This document shows, one piece after another, positions 28,153 through 42,849 of a DNA stretch of 64,000 nt. The stretch comes from Octopus vulgaris. Taxonomy: Eukaryota. A program made the position numbers and the translations under genes. Each line of letters begins with the position of its first letter. The stretch's first letter is position 1. The DNA lies in assembly GCA_951406725.2 (NCBI GenBank), contig OX597831.1:4836001-4900000 (forward strand). Reading direction: 5' to 3'. The notes beneath the pieces are model-generated. The model saw nothing but the letters and a program-made list of their open reading frames with translations, was not told where the DNA came from and ran no database searches.

Positions 28153-28303
28153 TACGGCGGGATTCTTTCAGTGTCCGTCTACCAAATACACTCAAAAGGC
28201 TTTGGTCGGCCCGAAGCTATAGTAGAAGACACTTGCCCAAGGTACAACGCAGTGAGACTGAACCCGGAACCATGTGGTTGGTAAGCAATCTAGCCACTCC
28301 TGT
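28153..28303 (-). mobile_element. SINE A head (other partial copies near 3775-4020, 21300-21710, 33075-33290, 42500-42657, 44152-44560)
   Basis: Homology to family A. Confidence 0.75.
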
Positions 28304-28466
28304 ACCAATTATATATATATATATATATATATATAATTTAGCTCGTTATGACATGTGGTCTGTGCCTGATGACTGTACCGAGTTGTGCTATAATACTTTG
28401 GTATGTTCTCAGCACATGAAACTATTAATACCACATGAGCCATGTATTGTGTTTGTTAAATAATAC

Positions 28467-28522
<56 letters not shown>

Positions 28523-29071
28523 TCATGTTCACGTTTGCAAGCTATAAGAAATAATATTATGTGTATTCGCTATAAGAATCAAATTTTTAATTATTTTTTT
28601 TTTAGTTAAGTCAATAACTCACTTCATAATTGAAGTTTTTGCTTAAATTACTGGTTCAGATTTACCTGCAGTTTCAGAGATCCCATTGATGAGTGTAGAT
28701 CAGCTGGGACCCTCAATTGGTATTGATGGCATTGGTTAGTATCTGCTTTTTATGGCTCCATTTTTCATCATTGGAGAATAAATGACACATTTGCGATTAA
28801 AAGTTTGCCGTTGAAAAACTTGTTGAGAAACTATCTATTTTGCACCTGTAAACGCCACAATGCAAATTTTGAAGTCTCTTTAGCCAATATGCAAATTGAA
28901 GGTTTTTCAAGAGTGTTGTCCCAATTTTGGAATTGATCATAATTTAATCTCATTTGTTCTCTGACCGCGGTCTTGGATTAGGATGTATTATTTTTTATCC
29001 GCGAGACTTAGCAGACACTTTTCCTCCTTTGATATATAACACACACATACACACACACACACACACAAAAA

Positions 29072-29106
<35 letters not shown>

Positions 29107-29293
29107 GTGTGTGTGTGTGTGTGTACATATAATAATAAATATTAGGGAATAAATCCAAACTTACAGGGAAAAATCAGATTTAGGATTGAATCCAATTTTA
29201 TAGTAAAATATTATATTATATTAAATTAGAGACAAAACCACTATTAGGCAAATCATACAATGAAAAACTTAAGCCAATACATAAGATTATTTA

Positions 29294-29355
<62 letters not shown>

Positions 29356-30426
29356 TGTAAATAACCTCCGTGATATCTCCTGGTGTTCGGTTATGACGTG
29401 AAAATAATGGTGTATTAGAACAGCTTCGCAATTTATACAGATTCGAGCAATATGCTGGCACCAAATTCACGAAACCCAGGAGGTAAGTTACAGAGATCAT
29501 TGAAATTCTTCGTCCAACTTTTGGCAGATTTTAATCATTATTTTAATCATAAATTTTTGAGTGGTACAATCACTCAAGCACCGGTCTAATATCGGCTGAA
29601 GCTCATAAACATTCAGGGTGTTTCATCCCTTGCAAAATACAAGAAAATATTTGAAAAGAATTTGGTAAATCCTCTCTGAGTTCTAGATATGATAGGTGGT
29701 ACCCATGGGAAACCTGAACGTGGATCACGATGCCACGACAATTCTTCTCCCGGATCATGAAATTCAATGAATACAAACAGTGGCTTGTTGAATGTCTATA
29801 GAATCGTCAGAAAATTAATGGGATTCTTCGGTGGTTGTGAGGCAAGGAAACAATATGGGTTCAATTTGTGTTTTCGTAAGAGGCCCACTTCGAAGCTGAG
29901 GACGCCCAAATTCCATGTTGTCTCCTTGCACAACGAGAACCATCTTGACATTCTTGATGACTTGTTAAAGTGGAGAAGAGTTGTGCACCATCAACCGCAG
30001 TTTCTCGTCCTTGACCATTTTCATTCCAGTGGCTGACAAGGGCGGCTCAACATGACGAGAGATTGACTCGAATGCAGTGGATAAACATGAGGTCTTGTTT
30101 GCCTCATCTTCCTCCCTACACATCACAGTGCATTGGTACAGCTGCTTTCTTCTGCGTTGAACCACGGATGTTTCTTCTCCTGAGTCCGTGCGATCCTGTC
30201 TTGAGATGCTTCAGTAAGGAAACTTAAATATGTGCTAATTAATCCATAACTGGGCCTTGACAGGTACTACTACTTCGGGTCAGAGCAGACCCCCGGAACA
30301 ATAGTGGATAAGAGGGGGTCTCACATTCTTTAAAAACCTAAAACTCTTTAACTAGGGGTCTTACAACCGGATAACCGGATACAGTTTGAAGTCATACACA
30401 CTACTTTGCCGGAATATACATACATA

Positions 30427-30486
<60 letters not shown>

Positions 30487-30686
30487 TATGTATATATACA
30501 TACATATATATATACACCCCCAACACGTATATATACATTCATGAATATACGTACTATATGAAATACATTATTTATTGTGGGACAATTTTTTTAGGCACGC
30601 TATGAAATTTCTGATACCATTCGGTATGTATGCTTGCATAGTTATATACGTACGTACACTCACGCGCGCAAGCACACACTATTATG

Positions 30687-30781
<95 letters not shown>

Positions 30782-31722
30782 TGTATACATGTGTGTGTGG
30801 TGGGGCATGTATTTCTGTAAAACCGTCTGTCTGGCTCTGTCTGTAAGTGCGTGAATACTGCTGCAGGACAGATTATAGATAATATTTATGCTTACTTTGA
30901 AGATATACTTATAAAGAAATATGAATGTCTTTTTGATCACGCAAACAAAAACCTCGAATAACAAACATACACTGCTACACATACACATACATACAACACA
31001 TAAACACACATTAATCAGTGTGCACTTATACATACACACACACATATATATATATATATGTATATTTATGTATCTTGGCGTACATATATATTTCTACCGT
31101 ACCAACAAAAATATTATATACATATACATCTTCTTGAAATATGTGATATTAAGTAATTGGATGTGAGGACAAAACAACGCGAAAACCAAAACAAATATGG
31201 CGGCTGTTGTGTTTGTAACGATCACCATATTGGTGTTCTCTTTCATTTGTTTTTAAATTTATATATATATGTGCCTCTGTTCGTGTGTGTATGTGTGTGT
31301 GTGTTTATGTGTGTTTTTGTACAATTTGGAGAAGTGTTTTGTAGGAGCAAAGATTTAAACAGACATGGCTTTAAACAAAACCGAAGAACGTTAATCAGAG
31401 ATTTTTTTTTCGCTGTACCGTCTGTTCCTCTACCTCACTCTCCTCTATCTCTTTTTCTCCGCCTCAGCTTCCTCTCCTTCTTCCCGGTCAATCTACCTCA
31501 TACTTTATAGTATTGCTTCTTACAATATGCATCACTGACATTATACACGCGCCCACACACATATGTATGTATATACATATACATATATATATGTATATAT
31601 ATATACATATATATATATATGTATGTAAATACATATATACATATATATAGACACTTATATATTTACATACATGTATATATGTATGTATGTATTCATATAG
31701 TGCGTGTGTATACATGTACTTG

Positions 31723-31790
<68 letters not shown>

Positions 31791-32409
31791 CATTGCGAAT
31801 AATCCCTCTCCTCGGTTAAGGGAATTGCTAAAACCTCCCAACAGTACAAAATCTTCTCAAAGGGGTAGGTGAACAAACAGCAATAACACAGGAACTTAGA
31901 AATTCCGGGTTCGCGTTCATTAGTAAGATCACTTGAAACTGGACATGGGACTCCACACATTTCTCAATATGGCTTCTTTCTCTGCGGTTTCCGCGATACA
32001 AAACCTGAGAATTGCTTGGTGCTGTAGTCGCAGTTCACTATGCTCCATGTTTTGCTATCTGTTCTTCAGCAAAAAATGGCTGACCTTACATAAACCTTCA
32101 CCACTATAATCCTTTATAACCACAAAGCCTGAAATTTTGGAGGAGAGATTAATCGATTACATCGTTTCCACTAGTTGATTGGTGCTTATTTTATCGAACT
32201 CGAAGGAATGAAAGATAAAGTCTACCTTGGTGGAATTTGAACTCAGAACGTAAAACCGCAAAGAATGCTGCTAAGCAGTTTGTCCAGCATGCTAATGATT
32301 CTGCTAGCTCGCTGCCTTATTCACCATTTTAACCAAATCATCTACGTGAGTGGTCTAACAGTTTAGCACAGTCGACGATTATTGGTAGTCAACCCATCAT
32401 CAGTTATAG

Positions 32410-33034
32410 TACTGGCCGCCCTCCACGCCATGCGGCCCTTAACGAAATTATAAAGTGTGGCCTAGACGCCGCGGGGTTCCCTTTCCAGCTCAAGCCAGTG
32501 GGGTTAGACCGAAGGGATGCTAAAGGTCTGACGGTACGACAATTTTTTCGGGCCGTGGCGGTATTCCCCTCATCTGGGATATAACATAATATGATACCCT
32601 CTCCAGCGGCAACCTGGTATATTCATCCACCCGCCCGGGTTCCGATGCTCCTCAGGTTGAGAATGGCAAGCTGCCGAAGTATCGGTCGCTCTCCGACAGG
32701 GTTGTGGTCGAACCTTTGACAGTGGAGACCATCAGTTAATAAACAGTATGGCCTAGACGCCACGGGGTTCCTCTTACAGCTCAAGCCAGTGGGGTTAGAC
32801 CGAAGGGATAGTAAAAGCCTGATGGTATGACAATTTTTCCGGGCCGAGGCGGTATGCCCCTCATCTGAGATATAACATGATGTGACACTTTCTCCAGCGG
32901 CAACCTTGTGTGTTCATCCACCAGCCCGGGCTCCGATGCTCCTCGGGCTGAGAAAGGCAAACTGTCAAAGTATCGATCGCTCTCTGAGAGATTTGTGGTC
33001 GAACCTGTCACAGTGGAGATCATCAATTAATAAA
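32410..33034 (+). mobile_element. Two tandem degenerate copies of a CRE-clade retrotransposon RLE domain
   Basis: RHAALNEIIK..LDAAGFP..LKPVGLDRRD.K..DG.T....G.PLIWDIT..DT...E..K..KY.SL.....EPLTVET. Copies at about 32410-32743 and 32749-33034, both ending ttaataaa. Confidence 0.7.
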
Positions 33035-33256
33035 TAGATTTTCATGGTAACAATTTATCTTGTATCTTTAGCGTTTGTTTCATTCATTCGACTGCAGCCA
33101 TGATGGGACACCGCCTTGAAGTATTTTCGTCGAATGAATCGACCTCCAGTAGGTTTTGTTTAAGCCTGGTACTTATTCTATCGGTCTCTTGCTCCGAACC
33201 GTTGATTTACAGTGACGTAAACACACCAACACTGGTTGTCACACGGTAGTAGCAAA

Positions 33257-33288
<32 letters not shown>

Positions 33289-33547
33289 TTAATTTTATGA
33301 ACCCTGAAATGCAAAGTCGATCTCGGAGGAGATTTGAACAGAGAGTGTAAAGAACTGGGAGAAATGCCACTAAGCATTTTTCTCCCACGCTTATGGAGCA
33401 ACAAAATAACAAAGATTCTCGTGTCCTAGATGAGGCAAGGAAATAAATAGATAAAAAAAACTTAGATGAGATAATGAAACATAAAAAAATAAAAATAGAA
33501 ACTATTTCATAGAAGCGGATTTAGGGTGAAACTTTAGCATTGTAACA

Positions 33548-33835
33548 TACAAAGGGGCGCTGAAAAGTTCCTGGTTTTGGGTAAAAGAAAATAGAGGAGG
33601 ATCAGTTAATTATGATTTTATCCAACATATTTCCCTCTCAGAGTCACACATTTATTGCAGCAGTCCTTTGGTTTTTCTAAGCCCTGGAAAAGAACTCGGA
33701 ATGTTGGGCCTCTAATCAAGCCTTTGGTGGTACTTCCAAAATCAGTAACTTTTCAGCATCCATTCGTAATGTATGTGTGTAGTTCAAAATCCAGAAGCTG
33801 CAGTTTTCTTTCAGGAAATATCATTATAGACGATT
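33548..33835 (-). mobile_element. Mariner 3' end relic
   Basis: TIR-like tacaaaggggcgctgaaaagttcctgg; - strand NKCVTLRGKYVG* (cf. KCVELxGxYVE*). Confidence 0.65.
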
Positions 33836-34817
33836 TGTATCAAATATATATATATATATAGTAGATAGAAGCACTCCGTCGGTTACGACGATGAGGGTTC
33901 CGGTTGATCCGAATCAACGGAACAGCCTGCTCGTGAAATTAACGTGTAAGTGGCTGAGCACTCCACAGACACGTGCACCCTTAACGTAGTTCTCGGGGAT
34001 ATTCAGCGTGACACAGAGAGTGACAAGGCCGGCCCTTTGAAATACAGGTACAACAGAAACAGGAAGTAAGAGTGAGTGAAAGTTGTGGTGAAAGAGTACA
34101 GCAGGGATCACCACCATCCCCTGCCGGAACCTCGTGGAGCTTTAGGTGTTTATATATATATATACTCCGGAGCTAGGCGAAACGAAATCGCTACAGAAGT
34201 GACCGCGAGAGTGACTGAGATGAATTTCGCCGTTGTTGCAGCTTATCAAGTAGCTTGCGTTGTAATACATTATGGACCCCAGTCTAAGTAGAGGAACCGT
34301 GTTATTTAGATTATGACAGACCCGAGGTTCGATTTCAACAGCTCTTCTGTGTACTCTATACTTCTTTGTTTTCAATTCATTCTACCAAAGTGTTTAATTA
34401 AAATTCATATTTATTTTATTATGGTTTACTTTATAATCTACTCTTAATAGTTTGGAAAAAGGAAATTGTTTCAATCATGACATGAAGAATTCCGGAGATA
34501 AAAAACTATGTTAAATGAGAAATAATATTACAAACAATTTCTCTACGGTGTAGAGTAATGAATGAACAACGAAATATCGAGAATGCTCGCGTGAGAGACG
34601 AGATAGATTAAGATTAAAGATAAAATACCAGACGAGAATAAGCACCGACGGTGGATCGCTATGTTCGATTAAAACCTCTTAAAAGATGTCTTAAAAGATA
34701 TGCTCCAGTATGGCCGCAGTCAAACGGCAAAAACCAATGAAAAACTCGTACATTACCCTCCTCGCTCTTTCTCTCTCTTTCTCTCTCTCCCTCTCTCTCT
34801 CTTTCTCTCTCTCCCTC

Positions 34818-34861
<44 letters not shown>

Positions 34862-35289
34862 ATTTCTTGTTGTCATTGTTGTTCTTCTGTCCATTTATAT
34901 CTCTTCCATATCTGCTACCGAGTTTCTATAACCTCCTCAGTGCTTTCCCTCTCTCGCTTTACTATCTCTTTCTCAATTTTCTCTCTCACTATCTCTCTCC
35001 TTCTCTCCCTCTTTTTTTTTTCTCTCTCTCTCTCTCTCCTTTTTCATTGTTCTCGTTCTGTTCATTTGTATATCTTCCATATCTGCTACCGAGTTTCTAT
35101 AACCTTCACGGCACTTCCCCCTCTTTACCTATCTCTCTTTCTCACTTCACTTTACTCTCTACCTCTCCCACTCTCTCTCTACTTCTCTCTATGTACCCCT
35201 CTCTTCCTCCCTCTCATCCAGTCTATTACCTTATCTCCATTATTAAAATAATTACGTTCTCCAATTCCCCACATTATTCCTGTCTATCT

Positions 35290-35331
<42 letters not shown>

Positions 35332-35919
35332 ATGCTACTAACACTCTTTATGAATGTCTTTTCTTTTGTTTTTGTTTATTGTTTTAGCATTTTGAGTGAC
35401 GTCGTGGATTCAATATTGGATTAGGGCGATGGAGAGGTTAAGTCTAAGGGGAGATAACAAGCAAGAAGGATGTACCATAAGATAGCCGACACAGTTAATC
35501 ATTTATAGATAGCGAATGGAATAGAACGAAGGCAGGACAGGCGGTGGTGTTGGTGGTGGTTATGATAGTTGTAGTGGTGGTGGTGGTAGTAGTGGCAGGG
35601 ATGGTTGTGATGGTAGGATTGATGATGGCGTTGTATTGGTTATGTAGCGATGATGGTGGTGTAGCGGTAATAATAGTAGTAGTTGTGGTGGTGGTGGTGG
35701 TGGTGGTGGTGGTGGTGGTGGTGGTGGTGGTGGTGATTGTACTGGTAGTGTAGATGGTAGTTGTAGTGGTGGTGGTGGTGATGGTAACTGGTGGTAACTG
35801 GTGGTCTTTCGTGTAGATATGTAAGTTTATATACTTAGGATCTCAGACTATGAATAGATTTCAAATGGAATAAAATGTGAAAACGAATGGCGCAGGTTCG
35901 ATTCACTGATATATAACGT

Positions 35920-35954
<35 letters not shown>

Positions 35955-36004
35955 CACATTTACCATTCCACACTTATAAGAACAAGAACAATCGCTATCC
36001 TTAA

Positions 36005-36738
36005 ATCACCACCACCACCACTACCACCACCACCACTACCACCACCACCACCACCACCGCCGCCGCCGCCGCCGCCGCCAGCACCATCACATCCCCAGCA
36101 TCACCGCTGCCAGTACCACCACTACTAGCACCACCACCACCACCGCCACTACCACCACCACTACCGTCATCACCTCCAGTACCACCGACACCGTCATCGC
36201 CTCCGGTACCATCACCATCCCTGACATCATCGCCTCCGGTACCATCACCATCCCTGACATCACCGCAGCCACCACCACCACCCACCACCACCACCACCAC
36301 CAGCAACATCAACACCGCCACCGTCATCACCTCCAGTTCCATCACCATCCCCGACACCACCGCAGCCACCACCACTACCACCACCACCACCACCACCACC
36401 ACCAGCAACATCACCGCAGCCACCGCCAGCACCATCCCCATCTCCATCCCCAACATCACCACCGCCACCTCCAGCACTATAACCACCAGCACCTGCACCG
36501 CCACCACCACCACAAATAACAATAGCATCAACATCATCAACTACGCCAAAAATATTAAAATCAACAGCATCTCCACCTCCGTCAGCGCCGTCATCGTCAC
36601 CACTATCATCATCGCCATGACCACCACCACTAACAGCAACAACAACAGTAATATTAGCATCAACAACAACAACAGCAAAATGAGAAGCAACACCAACAAC
36701 ATCATCATCATCACCAGCATCACAATCAACCTCATCAT

Positions 36739-36769
<31 letters not shown>

Positions 36770-36810
36770 AACAACAACAAACACGACCCCACCACCAAGA
36801 ACAACAACGA
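36005..36810. repeat. (ACC/ATC/AAC)n low-complexity tract with higher-order ~33-bp units
   Basis: catcgcctccggtaccatcaccatccctgacat twice, plus variants. Confidence 0.9.
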
Positions 36811-37373
36811 TATCTTATACGATTATAATAACGTAATTAAAATAGAATTGCAATTGTAACAAAGAAAATAAGAAGAAAACCGGTCGTAAAAACATCTACA
36901 ACAATCTCCAAATCGGAAGTAAATACTACATACGACCACAGCCACTGCGCTCACTTCCACTACAACAACAAAAACAACAATAGCAACAATAACAACAACA
37001 ACAACGTCAACAATAACAACATTATCAACCACAAATGAAAAGGGGAGAGGGTACGTTAATCCCTTAAGTAGCGATATAAATGTCGCCATATTGAAAGCTG
37101 GGGGAAGACAACGGTTTTTGATGAACGGAGATAAGTTGTTTTATCAGTCGTGTCTTATAATTATTTACCAAATTTGATTCCTGGCAGCAATATCAGGGAG
37201 CCTTCAGCTGAAGAATGAAACATTTTGTGTCCAAATACATGGGAAAACGAATTGGTTTTGAGAGTATATTCCATACAAAGGTCTCGATAACATCCTCAAA
37301 CACATACATATATATATGCACTCACCCATACACATTCATAGGGCGTACATATGTGTGTGTATTTGCGTATATA

Positions 37374-37508
37374 TACAGAGTGCAATGGGTAAATTGTCGT
37401 CATAATATATTTTAAATTTCGCGCATGCGCATTGTTTGGTTTTGATTTTGTTGATTACACACTATCGTAGGGTTAGCTGGGCACCGTCTTTGAGAAAAAC
37501 AGCACCAA
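37374..37508 (+). mobile_element. Probable Tc1/mariner terminal fragment
   Basis: TA-CAGAGTGCAATGGGTAAATTGTCG start resembles TA-CAGGGTG TIRs; no partner end seen. Confidence 0.35.
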
Positions 37509-37649
37509 CAACATTATCAACCTCCTCTTTCTTTCTCTCTCTCTCTCTCATTTCTTGTTCTCATTGTTGTTCTCCTTCTGTCCATTTATATCTCTGCCAT
37601 AACTCTTCCATAACATATGTTTCACTTAGTGGAATCTGTCCGGTATTAG

Positions 37650-38790
37650 GGTCTCTTTTTGTTGCCTATAATTTGGTCTGAGTGGCAAGCGTTAATTGTT
37701 ATGCATTTATTAGAGTCTGCCAGTTTGTCGTGGATGTCTAATTTAATGTTGTGACCTTCTTTTTATTAAAATATCCTTTAATAGTTTTGGTTTCGACAGT
37801 ATCCTATGAGGAACTGTGTATTATTGTTTATAGTATTTCATGAGGTGTCTGAAATAATTTCGTTCAGACCACGAGTCTACAGAATGAGGCAGCCGATGTT
37901 TTAACAGATATGTGTGAACGCTGATGCCGAACTTTAGCATTGATTGTTCATATATATGTATTTCTAAATATGTCATGACTAAATTGGCATAAACCGGGGA
38001 AATCTTTGTTCCCATCACAGTGCTGGATATGTTTATAAATGCAGTCGGGGAAGTTGAAAAACTTATTTTTCAGGATGGATTTTATTCCTTCGGTAATTAA
38101 TCGTTTCACTGTTTGGCGAGGAATTTCATCGGAGAATTTTTCAAACCAGAATTCTATGGATTCTAAAGCAAAGTCCTGATGAGATGTTAACATGCATCTT
38201 TACTACATCAAATGATGCAATAATGATATTTCGTTGACATTTTCCAGGAGGTGGCTTAATCCTTTGCCTTTTTTCTGCATCATCACGTGTGACACACATG
38301 ACATATTTTCTTGACATCATATACGCTTCATATGTGATTCCCATTTCCCAGTTATCTTTTCAACCAGCAAAATAACTTGTGACTTATGATACGAAAGCTT
38401 TATATTACTTAGAACCTATGAAACAAGGGCTAAAAGTCTAAAATCAAGACTTCAACAAACGTTTGAAAATGCTTTGGACAAGCAAAGGGTTAAGAGGTTC
38501 TCTTACAAACCTTGGTACGTGTTTCAGAAAGAGATTCAGTTGGAATATCTTCAAACTCGCTGAGTCTGTTTCACAAGCTTAGCCCAATACATTTGGTCTT
38601 CATTTATGATAAGTTAGGGCGTGGTAGGTTTATACAAGATGAATTTGATACTGTACAGACATCTTATAAAGTTTTACAGAAGCGAATTTTATGGAAACCG
38701 GATGGATTAATGGTTTTCCTTTCGCATTTTTTAATATATCGTCTTCTTTGTTACATTTTTCGGTGTAGATGAATGAAGGTGCTAAATTTT
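37650..38790 (-). pseudogene. Degenerate Penelope-like element reverse transcriptase fragment
   Basis: Frameshifted pieces in RT order: SGFHKI (cf. GLPKIHK), RPNVLG*ACET, IIASFDVVKM (motif A), ILKNKFFNF, MGTKISPVYANLVMTYLE (PLE-type motif B'). Confidence 0.75.
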
Positions 38791-38989
38791 ATCGTTACTT
38801 TTGAGAAGAGCCAAACATCGATTGCAGCCTGCAGGAGATTCTGGTAGAAAGAAGAGTAAGACATGCAAGAAGTGTTTTCCGACTACCAGAAGTACGAATA
38901 CCCAAGACAGATACACAATGTCTATCGTCAAAGTAGCGAATGAAGAGAGCCAAGAAAACATTGTATGTCACCTTTAATAAAGTTTTTTT

Positions 38990-39490
38990 TTCAGGACAGT
39001 CATTTTTGCGGATGACATTGTAAATTGTTTTAGCAACTACATCGTGCTGCATAGGGAGGTAGCACCGAGACGACATGTTAGGACAGCTGCTAATCACATG
39101 TGTAATGTCTTCCACAGAAACATGACATAGCCTACACATGCAGTTGTACCTTAGGATTAAAAGAGCGTCACTGTCTCTTTTGTTCACCAGGTACTTTGGG
39201 GTCATCTCCTGTTCCTGGATTGCAAACGCATAGCCTTCAAAGTGTGATGTGATGTAGTGGTCTTGTGTCCAAGAGAGGATGCGCTTCGTGTATATTCTAC
39301 TGTCTTCTTCAAGCTTCCGGGCAACATACCCATGCATGGTCTTTTTTCTTTTTTCTATGCTGAGTGCTTTCCATCCAGGTCTTCTCTGCGGTAAGAGGGC
39401 CCACCTTTTTCGGGGCTGTATAGGAGATTATCAGGATGAGAGTGTTTCATGAGCAGTTCACGGCTAACTCGTACAATGCTGCTCGCTTAA
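38990..39490 (-). mobile_element. R4/Dong-type non-LTR retrotransposon C-terminal fragment
   Basis: MHGY...FEGYAFAIQEQEM...CRLCHVSVEDITHVISSC...HDVVAK, i.e. the CCHC knuckle region that precedes a restriction-like endonuclease (RLE). Confidence 0.75.
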
Positions 39491-39839
39491 TTTTTCAGGA
39501 CTGCATTTATATATTCATTTTTGCTGCTGTTGTTTAGCAGGTGCTACCTGAGTGATACCATACGACATTCGAAGGCCGACTGCACTGATGTCAGGCCTCT
39601 CCCACCTTCATTTTTCCTTATGTATGTATGTATGTATGTATGTATGTATGTATGTATGTGTATGTGCATGTATGTATGTGTGTATGTATGTGTTTGTGTA
39701 TGTATGTATGTATGTATGAAACGTATTTACTGTTGGGTTTGAGTATATGACACTTTAGAAAGTGAACATGCCTCTCTGTGCGTGTATATAAATAACTTTG
39801 TATATGCGTGTTTGTGTGTGCATGTGTGAATGTGTGTAT

Positions 39840-39873
<34 letters not shown>

Positions 39874-40218
39874 GTATGCATGTAGGTACGTATATTCACA
39901 CATGCATGTGCATGCTTTTTGTGTACATATGCATGCGTGTATAAGTGTGTGTGGATGTGTATATCCCATTTTAAATAATTGTAGTTGTGACATGGGGCGG
40001 AGGAAGCTTTTACCAAAGTGGGGATAGTAAGGAGAAAATAAGCGGTAATACACTCATGTATGGGTGTGTGTATATACGTATGTACGTGTGTATGTTTGTG
40101 CATGAATGTATGTATATATATATATGTGTGTATGTATGAGTATGTGTGAACACATATAAATATACATATATGCATATATATGTGTGTGTGTATGTGTTTA
40201 TATATATATATGCATGTA

Positions 40219-40267
<49 letters not shown>

Positions 40268-40600
40268 GTGAATATATGAGTATGCTTATGTAGGTGTGTC
40301 TATATGTGTGTGTATATGTGCTTAAGTCAGCTGTGGCAAAGTGCTAAGTCAGTTCTGTAATCTAATAAAGATTAACCAAAGGAATTAAGTGATGACTAAC
40401 AACAATTGGACAGAATTTACTTCCTTGCTAATGGAACAGTTTTCAGCAGCTATCGATGATCGTTATTGATCTCCTCGACAGACACCATTGATCTGTTGGT
40501 CAACATGACAGCGTTGTTAGGAGAAATTAACAAGTCATCTGGGATGATAAAAGGATACGGCAACAACAGCAACAGGGGCAACTGCGACAGCAGCAGCAGC

Positions 40601-40668
<68 letters not shown>

Positions 40669-40712
40669 TGATGATGATGATGATGATATTGATGATGATG
40701 ATGATGATGATG

Positions 40713-40774
<62 letters not shown>

Positions 40775-40802
40775 AATAATGATAATAATAATAATGATGA
40801 TG

Positions 40803-40835
<33 letters not shown>

Positions 40836-40865
40836 GTAATAATAATAATAATAATAATGATGATG

Positions 40866-40917
<52 letters not shown>
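40601..40917. repeat. (TAA/TGA)n microsatellite
   Basis: Direct. Confidence 0.97.
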
Positions 40918-40919
<2 letters not shown>

Positions 40920-41315
40920 GCGACATTCACAACAACAACAACAATAACATACTTTTGTTACCACATGAGCAAAACATGGACAACAAAAACGGCCACATGA
41001 ACAAGAGGATAAACAGCAGCAGCTGCAGCAGCAACTAATTGCAGCATCAGAAACAACAGCAGCTTTAGAAAGAACAACAACAACAGTAACAACAACACCA
41101 TGAAGAAACACGGTAAGAAGAGTAGAAGCAACATGAGCAGCGGCAGCAGCAATAACAGCAACAGCCAGGACTTCAGCAACAAGAAGATGAACAGCTTTCC
41201 GTGTTGTCGGAAAACAAACTCCTTACACAGTCATACAGCCATGCAGCCACGCAGCCACACCTTCGCTTGTACTCATTATAGGTAAGGAGAGGCACGGAAA
41301 CCGAATTGAAGATAA

Positions 41316-41463
41316 GCGTGGGAGTGGCTGTGTGGTAAGTAGCTTGCTTACGAACCACATAGTTCTGGGTTCAGTCCCACTGCGTAGCAACTTGGGCAAG
41401 TGTCTTCTACTATAGCCTCGAGGTGAGTGGATTTGGTAGACGGAAACTGAATGAAGCCCGTCG

Positions 41464-41494
<31 letters not shown>

Positions 41495-41830
41495 GTGTGT
41501 GTGTGTGTGTTTGTGTGTTTGTGTGATTGTGTGTTTGTGTGTGTGTGTGTGTATGTTTGTGTGTCTGTGTTTGTCTCCACCAATATCGCTTGACAACCGA
41601 TGCTAGTGTGTTTACGTCCCCGTAACTTAGCGGTTCGGCAAAAGAGACCGATAGAATAAGTACTAGGTTTACGAAGAATAAGTCCTGGGGTCTACCCCAG
41701 TACTTACGCTTTTATTTAGCCCAGCACATAATCTATCGGTCTTTTTATATCGAACCGCGAAGCTACAGAGATATAAACATACCAACACCGGTTTTCAGTT
41801 GATGGTGGGGGGACAAACGCAGACACACAC
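41316..41830 (+). mobile_element. SINE A (41316-41692) followed by an inverted SINE A tail
   Basis: Homology to family A; junction hairpin ctgggg-tcta-ccccag. Confidence 0.8.
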
Positions 41831-41988
41831 ACACACACACACTCTCATGCACACACACATACATACACACACACACCACACACACACAAATGCGCACACA
41901 CACACACACACATACACACACACACACACACACACAAATGCGCACACACACACACACATACACACACACACACCACACACACACAAAT

Positions 41989-42043
<55 letters not shown>

Positions 42044-42849
42044 CAGCAGTATCAGCGCCAAGCAGTATTTAGACATAAGCGCACATTAAGTTAGTTAATA
42101 TGCTTGTGACATATTTCAACTTCTAAAGACAAATTCACTGCAGTTAACACGAGGAAAAAATTCTCTCTTATGGAAAAAAAATAAAAGAAAGGTGTAAAGA
42201 CACTGCAGTATTGGACATAGAGTCTATTTTATCTCTTTTTTTTTTACCATAAGAAAGAATTTTTCTCCACGATAACTGCAGCGAATTTGCCTTTAGGAGC
42301 TGAAATATGTCACACACATATCTCAACTAACCTAAAGTACGCACATATATATATATGCATGCATGCATGCATGCATGCATGCATGTATGTATGTATGTAT
42401 GTATGTATGTATGTATGTATGTGTCTATATATGTATTTATATCTTTACGTGTATGTATACAATGATTATATATACATGTGTGTGTGTGTATGTACACAAG
42501 ATGGACTTGTTTCAGTTTCTGTGTGCCAAATCTATTCACAAGGCTTTGGATGGCCCGAGGTTATAATAGATGACACTTGCTCAAGATGCCACGTAGTGGG
42601 ACTGAACCCGGAACCATGTCGTTGGGAAGGAAACTTCTTACCACACATCCGCGCCTATTCTTCTAGTAATTGTGTCTTTTTCTGGGAAGTTGAGGTTAAT
42701 TCCAAAAGCTTACTTTTCAAATAAATTCTTTACTGGTGCCAAACTGTTTTAACTTTATCATTTAGGGAATTTGTTTTAAGGGTCTCAGTGTGTGCAGTTA
42801 TGCTTAACCATAGGTGAGGTATGACTGAATGATTAAGAAGTTACCTTGG

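Noticed and set aside
36001-36810. Gly/Asp-rich structural protein ORF on the - strand
   Set aside because: The frame shifts mid-repeat, there is no credible start or splice context, and a decayed (GGT)n microsatellite explains it.
38177-38200. CTGATGA followed by a GATG/CATC stem
   Set aside because: No GAAA follows; it lies within the antisense of the PLE RT relic.
40448-41281. Asn/Gln-rich exon ending at AG|GTAAG
   Set aside because: No single reading frame spans it, and the sequence is dominated by triplet repeats.
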